Assembly: GCA_034439575.1 (NCBI GenBank)
Contig: JAWXAQ010000007.1
Location: 192,001 to 256,000, forward strand
DNA length: 64,000 nt
Direction: 5' to 3'
Source of the DNA: Leptospira sp.
GTDB taxonomy: Bacteria > Spirochaetota > Leptospiria > Leptospirales > Leptospiraceae
Made by a program: the position numbers and the translations under genes. The notes under the pieces are model-generated. The model made no database searches. It was not told the origin of the DNA and saw nothing but the letters and a program-made list of their open reading frames with translations. Positions 1 to 9,906 of the stretch are shown here, piece after piece (positions within the stretch are counted from its first letter, which is position 1; each line of letters begins with the position of its first letter).

Positions 1-429
1 CAAGCCGCCCTAGGTGTCGTACAATTAAAAGAATCTCATGCATTCTGGGATAGACGAACTGAGATCGCAAAACATTACTTAGATGAGTTTAAAAATATCA
101 AAGGTTTAACATTACCAAAAGAAGATCCAAATGGTATTCATAGCTGGCATTTGTTTCGTGTAGAACTTGATCCGAAACTAGCAAAACTTGGTAGAGATAG
201 TTTTTCTGAAGAATTAAAAGAAAGAAATATTGGAAGTAGTCTCCATTTCATTCCTATCCATGAACATCCTTATTACAAAAAAACTTTTAACTTTGATCGA
301 AATTTATTTCCCAATGCGAATAAAATGTATGACAGAACATTGTCTTTACCACTTTTTGCTGGAATGACGAAGCAAGATGAACAAGATGTAATTGATGCCG
401 TTAAGATTTTGTTATGTGATGAATCTTAA
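1..429 (+). CDS. DegT/DnrJ/EryC1/StrS family PLP-dependent aminotransferase, 5'-truncated by window edge
   Basis: Frame is open from base 1 (QAALGVVQLKE...HSWHLF...HFIPIHEHPYY...RTLSLPLF), a typical DegT C-terminal signature. Confidence 0.85.
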   Translation, partial: QAALGVVQLKESHAFWDRRTEIAKHYLDEFKNIKGLTLPKEDPNGIHSWHLFRVELDPKLAKLGRDSFSEELKERNIGSSLHFIPIHEHPYYKKTFNFDRNLFPNANKMYDRTLSLPLFAGMTKQDEQDVIDAVKILLCDES

Positions 430-430
430 T

Positions 431-1141
431 CTATTCAGTTCTATTTTTTAAGAATTGCAAATCATAAGTAGTTAAAAGATCGATCAATCCTTCATAAAAG
501 AGGGTATCGGTTTTATCTAAATTTCTTCTAACCCAAAACCCGACACATTGTCTGACCAATTTTTTATCATACAATTCATCACCCGAAAATATCTTAAAAC
601 GAGAGGCTACATCAATTTCCTCACTATCAGTATACTCTGGATGCATAAACATTGAGTACTTTTCTAAATAGAATGGCTCAAGTCTTTTTAAGCTCACTAA
701 GTCATGATACCTTTCTACTTCCCTTTCATAAAAAGATTCATTTGATCGCAATTTACGAATGACTACGAAAAATGTTCGCGCTAATTTTTGAACATAGATA
801 TCGTAATTGTTTTGTGTCAAAACTTTGAAATTTGGATTCGACAAAGCTGGGATCAAAAATTTGCGAATCCGAACGGGAAATTCAGGATGATAATGACCAA
901 ATTCATACAAATGATCGGTTACCAAACGATCATTCTCATGCGGGCCACTGACAAAATAGGGAACACCTAACAAATTTGAGAAATCTGAATATTTTACAAA
1001 AGAATTTAAAAAGCAAAAAAATTGGTTTATATTAGAATTTTTTAAATCTATAACTTTTAACGAACTACAGTTTGATTTAACTTTTGCTAATTCTAGCCAA
1101 GATGATTCTGCTAATAGTCGTAACCTATTTTCACTTTGCAT
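431..1141 (-). CDS. Hypothetical protein
   Basis: 236-aa ORF filling the space between neighbours; no motif recognised; start uncertain. Confidence 0.6.
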   Translation of the reverse strand: MQSENRLRLLAESSWLELAKVKSNCSSLKVIDLKNSNINQFFCFLNSFVKYSDFSNLLGVPYFVSGPHENDRLVTDHLYEFGHYHPEFPVRIRKFLIPALSNPNFKVLTQNNYDIYVQKLARTFFVVIRKLRSNESFYEREVERYHDLVSLKRLEPFYLEKYSMFMHPEYTDSEEIDVASRFKIFSGDELYDKKLVRQCVGFWVRRNLDKTDTLFYEGLIDLLTTYDLQFLKNRTE

Positions 1142-1223
1142 CGAAATTGGTAATATACTAACTTTTCTCCATTCTTCTCGAAAGTTTGCTACACAACTAA
1201 CGAGAAGAAGAATTAGAAATAGT

Positions 1224-2633
1224 TTACTTAATCTTGTAACTAATTTCGGCAGAAATATTTTCCCATTCAGAACTAGGATCCTTGCGAAAATAAACAGGAG
1301 AAACGGAAGGTGTTTTTGTCATACTATGATATAGTATCAAATCCGTTTCCTTTTTTTCAAAATACCGTTTATCGGACACAGCTGTCGTAACAAAATCTCC
1401 AATCGGAACCCAGCCGTATCCAGTGAGAAAAACCATCACAGCATCTTCGATTGATTTCGCTTTTTTATTTTCAAAACGTATCATTCTGTATGGCATTGAA
1501 GGAATTCCCAATTCAACCAGTCTTTCTCTAAATCCAGTATGCGTTAAAGCTCGAGTTCTTTCAGCATGGAGAGTCTCAATATAATCTCTTAACAATAATT
1601 TTGGATCTTCTTTAGATTTGTCATAGTAAGTTAGAATATCAGGTGGGTAAGAAGACTCCCTGTTCAAATAATCTTCACCAATATAATATTTGATAAATTG
1701 ATTTCTTGAAGTGAATTTATATTTTATCGTTTGTTCTCCCGCAGAATCTTCAATAGACATTTTCTTTAGGTGGACTCTGTTTCTATGTACAAAAGTAGGT
1801 TTATAGGTTGGATCTGTAAACTTAACAGATCTTATACGTTGACCTTCATTGGAAAGAGGATGTAAAATTGCTATTTGGGCTTTTGAAATAGAAACGGTTT
1901 CTATTTTAAATTTTAAAGTAACTTCTAAAGTATATTCTTCTTCACCAGATGCGATAAATCTTTCCGTTTCCACGAAAGGAATATTTTTGATTTCGTGACT
2001 ATCTCTATCAACTACCCAAATCTTTGATCCGCTTAATAAAACACCACGTACTGATTTTAAATTTGTTTTAATTGAACCAGTGATCTTTCCCGTTTTGGCA
2101 TCATAACGATAAATACTATTATCTGATGAATCTGATATCCAAATTGAATCACGTCCAAAACAAATATCTCGGGGACGAGTGCGATCTGTGAAAAATCCCC
2201 CCACCATAATTGAACTGGCTTTATCATATATATGAACTTTTGAATTTTCTAAATCAAGCAGATAATAAAAATTACCTACACTTGCAATACCACCTATGTT
2301 TTGAATAGGAACTGAAATTTTATCTGTAATACCGCCGGTATTGGGATCAATTTTAAGAACTACTTTTGGGGCAACAACTAACAAACGTCCTTCTCTAGGA
2401 TCAAAAGTGATACCTCTAAGACTTGCCAACCCTAAATTATATATTTCTTGTTCACCAATTTCATTGATTTTAATAAGTGCGCGACGAGTCGTATCGATAA
2501 ACCAAAAGTTTATCCCATCCCAAGCCAATCCATAGGCTTTATCTGTTAATTTGTATTCTTTACTTTCTTGGGCAGAAAGAGAAAATGCGAATAAACTAAT
2601 TATGAATAATTTCGAAATGATAAACTTTTTCAT
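1224..2633 (-). CDS. Exported beta-propeller (YncE/glutaminyl cyclase-like) protein with degenerate transglutaminase-like C-terminus
   Basis: Signal peptide; repeats GLAWDG..W, GITFD, DICFG..IWISD, GVLLSG..IWVVD; C-terminal FLTGYGWVPIGD. Confidence 0.65.
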   Translation of the reverse strand: MKKFIISKLFIISLFAFSLSAQESKEYKLTDKAYGLAWDGINFWFIDTTRRALIKINEIGEQEIYNLGLASLRGITFDPREGRLLVVAPKVVLKIDPNTGGITDKISVPIQNIGGIASVGNFYYLLDLENSKVHIYDKASSIMVGGFFTDRTRPRDICFGRDSIWISDSSDNSIYRYDAKTGKITGSIKTNLKSVRGVLLSGSKIWVVDRDSHEIKNIPFVETERFIASGEEEYTLEVTLKFKIETVSISKAQIAILHPLSNEGQRIRSVKFTDPTYKPTFVHRNRVHLKKMSIEDSAGEQTIKYKFTSRNQFIKYYIGEDYLNRESSYPPDILTYYDKSKEDPKLLLRDYIETLHAERTRALTHTGFRERLVELGIPSMPYRMIRFENKKAKSIEDAVMVFLTGYGWVPIGDFVTTAVSDKRYFEKKETDLILYHSMTKTPSVSPVYFRKDPSSEWENISAEISYKIK

Positions 2634-2645
2634 ACATCTTAATCC

Positions 2646-3563
2646 TTAGAAAATATTAATTAAAAATTCAAATGCGTTTTGTAATAGAGTGGGCTGGTTC
2701 AATTCGCTTCCTAACATGATAGGTTTTGGAACAAAAATAAATATTAAAGCCACTAACATAAAATAACCCAAAATTTTTCTAAATTTACCTAACCCATATT
2801 CAGAATCTCGAATAAATGGATGCTCTACCTTTAATAGATAATAAATGATAAATCCCCAAAGTAACCATGTAAAATGAATCATTGCTAAAAATAAAAAACT
2901 AATAAATAACCAATATATCCAATTTCGATATTTCTCACCAAAGACTGCATAAATAATATGTCCGCCGTCCAATTGGCCAAAGGGCAATAAGTTTATGGCA
3001 GTGATTAGAAGTCCGACCCAACCAGCTCTTGCTAATGGATGAATATTAACATCCATTAGCCGTGAATCAAAAGGACCGAGTATCCACTGATTTGAGTAAT
3101 AAGTAAATAAACTCTCCCCAAATATTGTAAAATTTTCTAGATTCAAACTTTTATCTAATGTTATAAGCTCGGACATTGATATTCCTATTACCCAAGCTAA
3201 CATAGATAAAACGAGACTCACCATTGGTCCACCAATCCCAATGTCAAAGAGAGCTTTTTTGTTCGGAATGGGTTCTTTAATTTGAATCACTGCACCCATT
3301 GTACCAATTGGCCCCAAAGGGAAGGGAATGAAATAAGGTAACGTAGCTCTAACGCCATAATACCTTGCAGGAATATAATGACCCATTTCATGGCCGAATA
3401 ATATCAATATCAAAGAGACAGAGTATGGCCATTCGGAATAAAAGATATTGGCATATCCTTTCCAGTCTAAAGTATAAATCCCGTAATATAAAAATTCTCT
3501 ATAGGTCAAACTTAGAAATGTAAGTACAAATAATAAAATGTGTAAGAAATATCTATTTTTCAA
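2646..3563 (-). CDS. Site-2 protease family (M50) intramembrane metalloprotease
   Basis: HEMGH and NLLPFGQLDGGH motifs; multiple TM segments. Confidence 0.92.
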   Translation of the reverse strand: MKNRYFLHILLFVLTFLSLTYREFLYYGIYTLDWKGYANIFYSEWPYSVSLILILFGHEMGHYIPARYYGVRATLPYFIPFPLGPIGTMGAVIQIKEPIPNKKALFDIGIGGPMVSLVLSMLAWVIGISMSELITLDKSLNLENFTIFGESLFTYYSNQWILGPFDSRLMDVNIHPLARAGWVGLLITAINLLPFGQLDGGHIIYAVFGEKYRNWIYWLFISFLFLAMIHFTWLLWGFIIYYLLKVEHPFIRDSEYGLGKFRKILGYFMLVALIFIFVPKPIMLGSELNQPTLLQNAFEFLINIF

Positions 3564-3738
3564 TTGGTTTACTGCTGATGGAAAATTGCTATTCTATAGG
3601 ATGGACGATAAGAAAGTTGGAATCAATTCAATTTTAAAAGAAATTTCACTATTTTACTCTACTTTAATTTTAATTAGTTGGGGATTATAGGGAGATATAC
3701 GAATTTATATTCTTAATTTTTATTTGGTAAATGCTGCT

Positions 3739-4467
3739 ATGTTCGAAAATATTAAAGTCATCAGAAAATTTGATCCCGCGGCAAAATCATACTTAGAAAT
3801 TATTCTTTGTTATCCAGGCCTTCATGCGATTTGGCTTCATAAAATTTCTCACTTCCTCTATAAAATAAATGTTCCACTCTTTCCCCGATTGATCAATTAT
3901 TTCACCAGGTTTTTAACTGGGATAGATATTCATCCAGGTGCAAAAATTGAAAACGGAGTTTTTATCGATCATGGGACAGGAGTTGTCATTGGTGAGACAG
4001 CCATTGTTGGCACTGGATCCCTAATCTTTCAAGGTGTCACTCTCGGTGGTACTGGTAAAGAATCTGGCAAAAGACATCCGACAATCGGTAGAAATGTAGT
4101 TATCGGTGCTGGTGCCAAAATTTTGGGAAATATAACCATCGAAGACCATGTAAGAGTTGGAGCTGGATCAGTTGTTATGCGAAATGTTCCTGCAGGCTCA
4201 ACTGTAGTCGGTATCCCAGGGAAAGTTGTCAAAGGAATGGATGCTTCAGATTCAACAGAACAAATGTTAGATCACAATCAAATGCCGGATCCAATCGCTA
4301 AAGTTTTTTCAGTACTTTTAGAAAAAGTGGAAACACAACAACATTTGATTAATCAATTATTCGAAAAACAAAGAAAATTGGAAGAAACAAATCCGGGTGA
4401 ATCATTGATTACGAACAAGGAAGATGATTTATTGATCCAAGAATTCATTCATGGCGATGGGATTTAG
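3739..4467 (+). CDS. cysE: Serine O-acetyltransferase
   Basis: DPAA...YPG, GIDIHPGAKI, IDHGTGVVIGET, KRHPTIG hexapeptide repeats; ATG 3739 preferred over TTG 3724. Confidence 0.95.
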   Translation: MFENIKVIRKFDPAAKSYLEIILCYPGLHAIWLHKISHFLYKINVPLFPRLINYFTRFLTGIDIHPGAKIENGVFIDHGTGVVIGETAIVGTGSLIFQGVTLGGTGKESGKRHPTIGRNVVIGAGAKILGNITIEDHVRVGAGSVVMRNVPAGSTVVGIPGKVVKGMDASDSTEQMLDHNQMPDPIAKVFSVLLEKVETQQHLINQLFEKQRKLEETNPGESLITNKEDDLLIQEFIHGDGI

Positions 4468-5303
4468 AGATTTTTTAATATTTCCTTTTTTTTATTCTGA
4501 TATTCCTCTTCTGTAATTAATTTTTGGTTTTTGATTTCTTCCAATGCCTTCAATCTATCTTTGATTGAATTTGGCTGACTAATATTAGTTAGCTCATCTT
4601 CTTCAAGGATTCTGAAAATGGGCGGATTTGGTAGTAGGCTTTCATCACTAACGATAAGGATTCTCTCGTAATCGTTTGGTTTTCCTCCTACTTCTTCTCT
4701 ATAAAAACTAGCAGGTATTTGGTTTGATTTTAGTTTTAAGATAGATTTGTATGTTTTTTCAATTTTTGGAATTTGATATAAAGTCCAATCATCAAAATTG
4801 TACTGAGAGGCAAATGTGATATTTTGTAAAATATCCGGAATTCCGATAACTAATCCTTTTTCTGTTTTCAAAACTAATAAACTTGTCCGTAAGACTTTTG
4901 TTAGCGGAGACAAAGGATCATCTCTTTTAATCAGAATCAAATAGGCAATTGCTGGATTTTTTTTAATTGCATTAGCAAAAAGAATTTTTATCTCTTTTAA
5001 TTCATTTGAACGAAAGAGTGGCTCCCAATTTTCAGATGAAAAAATTCCTTTCCTCAAGGATAGAAGACTTAAATATTCTGTCAGATCAATTTCCTCTTGG
5101 AAGATCATTGATTTATTGCTTATCTGAATTGGTAGGATACTTTCTAAATTATTTTCTTGAATCGAAAATATGGCAATGTCTCCCGAAGAAGAGACTAATT
5201 TCAAATCTAGGTCCTTCTTTTGCATCGAATTACAGCTATATAAAAAAATAGAAACGCCGATGAATAAATAAGAGAGATTTGAAATATAGAAATGGCTTTT
5301 CAT
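4464..5303 (-). CDS. Putative lipoprotein with C-terminal SHOCT domain
   Basis: Lipobox-like FLYSC; C-terminus RLKALEEIKNQKLITEEEYQNKKKEIL. Confidence 0.75.
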   Translation of the reverse strand: MKSHFYISNLSYLFIGVSIFLYSCNSMQKKDLDLKLVSSSGDIAIFSIQENNLESILPIQISNKSMIFQEEIDLTEYLSLLSLRKGIFSSENWEPLFRSNELKEIKILFANAIKKNPAIAYLILIKRDDPLSPLTKVLRTSLLVLKTEKGLVIGIPDILQNITFASQYNFDDWTLYQIPKIEKTYKSILKLKSNQIPASFYREEVGGKPNDYERILIVSDESLLPNPPIFRILEEDELTNISQPNSIKDRLKALEEIKNQKLITEEEYQNKKKEILKNL

Positions 5304-5309
5304 AAAAAT

Positions 5310-5804
5310 ATGTTTTATCTAAGAATATTTTTTATCATCTATCTAGTGACATTTCAAGTATGTGCAAATAGTATTCCACAGTTTTCATTTCAGGATCAAT
5401 ATGAAAATAAAATCGAGACAAAAAATCTTATCGGTAAACCTTCTATATTATTAGGCTGTGAAAAAGAAGATATCGACTTATGTAGAAAAATCGGTAGAAA
5501 AATATTTTGGAAGCTACAGAATCTATTATGGAAAGATAGTTCCAAAGTTAAATTCATTGCTTATCTCAATCTTAAAGAATCCAATAAACTGATCGAAAAA
5601 TATATTTCTGAATCAAAAGAAAAACAATTTGAAAGTATTTATTTTGATCGCAAAGGTGAGCTTTCATTGGGTCTAAAGTCAGAGCGTGTATATTTGCGTA
5701 TCTTTAATTCAAAAGGCAATGAAATATTCAATTCCCATATTGAAGTCATAACAGATGAACAAATTCTTTCAATTCATCAAATTCTTAAGAACGAAATCAA
5801 ATAA
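5310..5804 (+). CDS. Exported hypothetical protein, possible thioredoxin-like fold
   Basis: Signal peptide; IPQFSFQDQYEN...LIGKPSILL resembles AhpC/TSA N-termini but has no CxxC; start 5292 or 5310. Confidence 0.55.
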   Translation: MFYLRIFFIIYLVTFQVCANSIPQFSFQDQYENKIETKNLIGKPSILLGCEKEDIDLCRKIGRKIFWKLQNLLWKDSSKVKFIAYLNLKESNKLIEKYISESKEKQFESIYFDRKGELSLGLKSERVYLRIFNSKGNEIFNSHIEVITDEQILSIHQILKNEIK

Positions 5805-6993
5805 ATTTTTATATTTAACTTTAATTTTATGCGTTAGCTGCCAAAAGCCAAACAAAGATTACTTTGAATTTTGGAATAGTTATCATAAATTTCAGACTAC
5901 CTTAAAGGATACTACGCATAATCAAAATTATCTTTTTGCTTTGAATGGAGTCATCTCCAAAGAAAAACTGTCTGATTTTAAACTAGATCAAAATGGAAAC
6001 CCATTCTTAGAACTGGGCGGAATTTTTAAAAACGAACAATGGAATTTAACATGGTACCCAGAGAAAAATACTAAGTATGATTATTATAATATAGTCACAT
6101 TTGTTCCAGTCAATTGGGATTCAAAACCTATCTACCAAGTCCAACGCCAATTAACAAGCAATTGGAACGGGTTCCAGCCTAGATACTTTTTCTTTTGGTT
6201 AAATGAATTTTTATTAAATTTAAACGATAAAAATCATTATGAAAATTTAAAAAATCAGATTCCCAGTTTCAAATTTTTATGTGAAACATTTGCATGTGAA
6301 TTTGTCACAGAAGGTAACTATAAAATTTTAAAGTTCTCCTTCACAGAAAATACAAAAGATAAATTCCCCGATTTTTATAAAAGGTTCGGCTCTCGCTTAG
6401 AAAAAACAAATTTATTAATGAAAATATTTGATAAACATTTTCCTGAAGATGTTATACTTATAAGTAATGAAAAAACTACTATTAAGATTCAATTTAAGAA
6501 TCAACCAAGAAATGCATTTTTCAAACACCCAAATGATATAGAGATTATTTCGAATATTAAAATATCTTCATATGGATTACAGTATGAAATTTTAGGTCTT
6601 AAATATAATATAAATCTTAAATCAATGGGAAATAAAGATGTACTTTCTGGAAAATTTATAAATTTTGAATCAAGAAAATTGACAGGCAATTTTTTATACT
6701 TTATCCCGACTGGGATCATAGATTTTTTTATACCTGGCAATATTGACGAGTATTTATCAAACGCACTCACTTTGTTAGTTTATGGAACGCAAGGAAAAGG
6801 CGGTGCCCAATTTAATGCCGAATATGAAAAATTTCCAAACTATCAAAGAAATCGCATCACATCTTATAGTGAAATCATGCAGTCACGCTTTTCTCTATTT
6901 GGAGCTGATTCTAACACAAAAGAAAATTCTAATTCTGACTTTTTTCTCCAATGGGAACATACAATCTTGAAAGATTTATCAGGTCTTAAATAG
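5755..6993 (+). CDS. Hypothetical lipoprotein
   Basis: 412-aa ORF with lipobox-like LCVSC. Confidence 0.65.
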   Translation: MNKFFQFIKFLRTKSNKFLYLTLILCVSCQKPNKDYFEFWNSYHKFQTTLKDTTHNQNYLFALNGVISKEKLSDFKLDQNGNPFLELGGIFKNEQWNLTWYPEKNTKYDYYNIVTFVPVNWDSKPIYQVQRQLTSNWNGFQPRYFFFWLNEFLLNLNDKNHYENLKNQIPSFKFLCETFACEFVTEGNYKILKFSFTENTKDKFPDFYKRFGSRLEKTNLLMKIFDKHFPEDVILISNEKTTIKIQFKNQPRNAFFKHPNDIEIISNIKISSYGLQYEILGLKYNINLKSMGNKDVLSGKFINFESRKLTGNFLYFIPTGIIDFFIPGNIDEYLSNALTLLVYGTQGKGGAQFNAEYEKFPNYQRNRITSYSEIMQSRFSLFGADSNTKENSNSDFFLQWEHTILKDLSGLK

Positions 6994-7591
6994 TAAGAAA
7001 ATTTTTTAAGAGGAGTTTACCTTCTTCCGATCCAAAAGATTCAGGATGAAATTGTACTCCTTCAATTTTTAGCGATTTATGCCTTAAGCCCATGATTTCA
7101 CCCATAGCGGTTCCATCATTTACTCTCGCCGTAATTTCAAGATCTTTTGGCAAAGAAGTCTCGTCTGCTATCAAAGAATGGTATCTCATGATTTCTATAT
7201 TCTGAGTGATATTTCTAAAAACACCTTTCCCATCATGCGTGATAGGTGACAATTTGCCATGCATAGCAATTTTTCCACGAACAACCTTACCACCAAACGT
7301 AGTAGCCATTCCTTGCATACCTAAACAAATCCCAAGTATCGAAGATGAATTTCCCAATCTTTCCAAAATTTCTCCGGAAACTCCAAAATACGCTTTATCA
7401 GCTGGATGACCCGGCCCTGGAGAAATAATAATATGATCATAGGTAGATGCTTTTATCTCTTCAAAATTCTTTTGATCATTTCTAAGTACATCCAATACGA
7501 AGGGAAGCTCTATATCTTCCAGAATCTCTCCAATGTATTGGTATAGATTATAAGTAAAAGAATCATAATTATCAAGGAGTAAAACTTTCAT
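6986..7591 (-). CDS. trpG: Anthranilate synthase component II (glutamine amidotransferase)
   Basis: DNYDSFTYNL, SPGPG, GICLGMQ, RYHSL, QFHPES. Confidence 0.93.
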   Translation of the reverse strand: MKVLLLDNYDSFTYNLYQYIGEILEDIELPFVLDVLRNDQKNFEEIKASTYDHIIISPGPGHPADKAYFGVSGEILERLGNSSSILGICLGMQGMATTFGGKVVRGKIAMHGKLSPITHDGKGVFRNITQNIEIMRYHSLIADETSLPKDLEITARVNDGTAMGEIMGLRHKSLKIEGVQFHPESFGSEEGKLLLKNFLTI

Positions 7592-8973
7592 ATGTTCTTA
7601 TTCTTGTTATGTGAATTTAGAGCTTTTTTAACGGAAGCCATTTTATTTACTATTTCTTCATATTCGTTTTTGGCAATGGAATCATACACGATACCTCCAG
7701 AGGCGCGAGCAAATCCTTTTCCACCAGCCACAAAAAGACTTCGAATCGGAATAGCAAATGTACAATCCCCATTAAATCCAAAAGTTCCAACTGCGCCACC
7801 ATACGGGCCACGAGGACTTTTTTCTATACGTTCGATGATTTTCATAGATTCTATTTTAGGGGCACCAGAGAGAGTTCCTGCAGGAAAGGAAGCCGCTAAT
7901 CCTGAAAACATATCATGTTTTGATTTTAATATGCCAACAACTTCACTGGATATATGTTGTACATGGCTAAAACGTTTGATATCAAATCTTCGCCTAACTT
8001 TGACTGTTCCAAATTTAGCAACTCGCCCAATGTCATTTCTATGAAGGTCAATTAGCATATTGTGTTCTGCAATTTCTTTTGGGTCTGTTAATAGTTGCCT
8101 TGCAAGAACTGTATCCTCTTCAGCATTCTTTCCCCGACGAATGGTGCCTGCCAAGGGAAAAGATTCCATTTCACCCTGACGTAGTCGGAACAATAATTCT
8201 GGACTAGCTCCGAGAATCACTCTATTTTTAAACTTAACATAATACATATGAGGCGAAGGATTGATTTGTCTTAATGTTTCATAAATAGCTAATGGGTTCC
8301 CACTGACTTGGAATTTCTCTTCAAATCCTATTTGGCATTGGAAGGTATTACCAGCTCTAACTTCTTCTAAAGTTTCTTCCACCATATTCTTATGGATACT
8401 TTCAGTCACGAGAGGCTCATTAGATTCTATCTTTGCTTCTGGTTTAGGTGTTTCTTTTTTCGAAGCTATTGTTAAAATATTTTGAATTACTTCTACACGA
8501 TTCTCATCATTCGTAAAATAGATAAGTTCACCAGTAAATTTATCATAAATTAAACCATCCAAATAAAGGCCAAATTCCATAGCAGGAAAATCAGGGTGAG
8601 ATGTTATTTTAAGTTTTGGTTCAAAGAACTGCATCGAATTATAACTTAAATATCCAACTAGTCCGCCCGCATAACTAATGCTTAGTGAATCAAAATTGGC
8701 AATATTTCTTAACTCGTAATATGGATTTTCCACAGAATAGGATTTACCGTCGATTTCGAGAGTTCCAATATTTCCGATGATTGTATGTTTTGGATCAAAT
8801 CCTATGACTGAATAACGGGAATCATATTGATTTTCACCGGCGGATTCTAAGAGAAAACAAGTATCAAATTGTTTTTCAAAGCTTCGAAATAATTCCCAAA
8901 ATTCTAATTCTTTCGGTAACTCTAAATAGGAATAGAATGGTTTTTTGGGAATTTGAAACTTGGGAATCGACAT
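7588..8973 (-). CDS. trpE: Anthranilate synthase component I (TrpE/PabB family)
   Basis: LLES, NPSPHMYY, GASPE, PLAGT, KEIAEHNMLIDL.RND, FPAGTLSGAPK. Confidence 0.88.
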   Translation of the reverse strand: MSIPKFQIPKKPFYSYLELPKELEFWELFRSFEKQFDTCFLLESAGENQYDSRYSVIGFDPKHTIIGNIGTLEIDGKSYSVENPYYELRNIANFDSLSISYAGGLVGYLSYNSMQFFEPKLKITSHPDFPAMEFGLYLDGLIYDKFTGELIYFTNDENRVEVIQNILTIASKKETPKPEAKIESNEPLVTESIHKNMVEETLEEVRAGNTFQCQIGFEEKFQVSGNPLAIYETLRQINPSPHMYYVKFKNRVILGASPELLFRLRQGEMESFPLAGTIRRGKNAEEDTVLARQLLTDPKEIAEHNMLIDLHRNDIGRVAKFGTVKVRRRFDIKRFSHVQHISSEVVGILKSKHDMFSGLAASFPAGTLSGAPKIESMKIIERIEKSPRGPYGGAVGTFGFNGDCTFAIPIRSLFVAGGKGFARASGGIVYDSIAKNEYEEIVNKMASVKKALNSHNKNKNI

Positions 8974-9052
8974 TTTATTACCTTAATTATAATTCAATTA
9001 CCAAGTTAAAAAAGAAATGTGAATTATAAATAAAAAAGGAAAATCTTAATTA

Positions 9053-9898
9053 TTAATTTCGGTTCATTGAAGAGCGAACTGTCTTTAATAAATTTAAAAT
9101 TTCATTATGAATAATTCCATTTGAAGCAATCAATTCTGGTAGGCCAGTGTAGTAATGTTTACCATTAAGGTCTGTTAATTTACCACCAGCTTCCGTTAAG
9201 ATGATTGATATTGCTGAGATGTCCCAATGTTTCACATTTTTTTCCCAAATAGCATCCATTAATCCTTCTGCTATCCAACAACAATCTAATATGAAAGATC
9301 CTGTTCTCCGAAAAGAGCGAGCATATGTTAAAAACCCAGATAAATCGGCCATGATCTCTTGAATCATATGAGCCCGTTTTGTAGGTAGGTTGGGGCTAAA
9401 AATGGCTCTGTTTAATTCTGATACAGAAGAAGTAAAAATAGTTTCACCATTCTTGACTGCACCTTCTCCAAGGACTGCTGAATATACTGCATCTTGTGGA
9501 GGAACAATTACAACTCCACCCACAGGTGTTTCACGGTGCTCTATACCAAATGAAATAGCATATAATGGCAATCCCCTTACAAAATTCATAGATCCATCCA
9601 CAGGATCCAGTACCCAACGGAAATCATTGCTTCCTTCAATCGGTTCTTTGTCTTCACAAAGTATCCCATCTTTAGGAAATGCTTTTTGTAAAAATTTTGA
9701 AAATATATCACCTAATACACGATCTGCGGCATGAATTCTCTCTAATTCATCTGCATCGGTTTTTGATCTAATTCCCGACATTTCCTTTTGGATCTTTTTG
9801 GCTTCTAAGATAATCCCTGTTGCATTGGCTTTGATGAATTCTACTCTTTTGATAGTTTCATCCACGGGAAAATTTAAAGTAGGTGAGGAAATGCTCAT
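9053..9898 (-). CDS. suhB: Inositol monophosphatase family protein (SuhB-like)
   Basis: WVLDPVDGSMNF and WDISA...EAGG motifs. Confidence 0.8.
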   Translation of the reverse strand: MSISSPTLNFPVDETIKRVEFIKANATGIILEAKKIQKEMSGIRSKTDADELERIHAADRVLGDIFSKFLQKAFPKDGILCEDKEPIEGSNDFRWVLDPVDGSMNFVRGLPLYAISFGIEHRETPVGGVVIVPPQDAVYSAVLGEGAVKNGETIFTSSVSELNRAIFSPNLPTKRAHMIQEIMADLSGFLTYARSFRRTGSFILDCCWIAEGLMDAIWEKNVKHWDISAISIILTEAGGKLTDLNGKHYYTGLPELIASNGIIHNEILNLLKTVRSSMNRN

Positions 9899-9906
9899 AG
9901 CTTATC

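Noticed and set aside
7592..8044. 150-aa ORF and the many similar 60-150 aa ORFs opposite core genes
   Set aside because: Antisense or alternative-frame shadows of well-supported CDS
9527..9542. parS-like half site TGTTTCACG in suhB (also weak half sites near 45605 and 55115)
   Set aside because: Second half does not match; not palindromic
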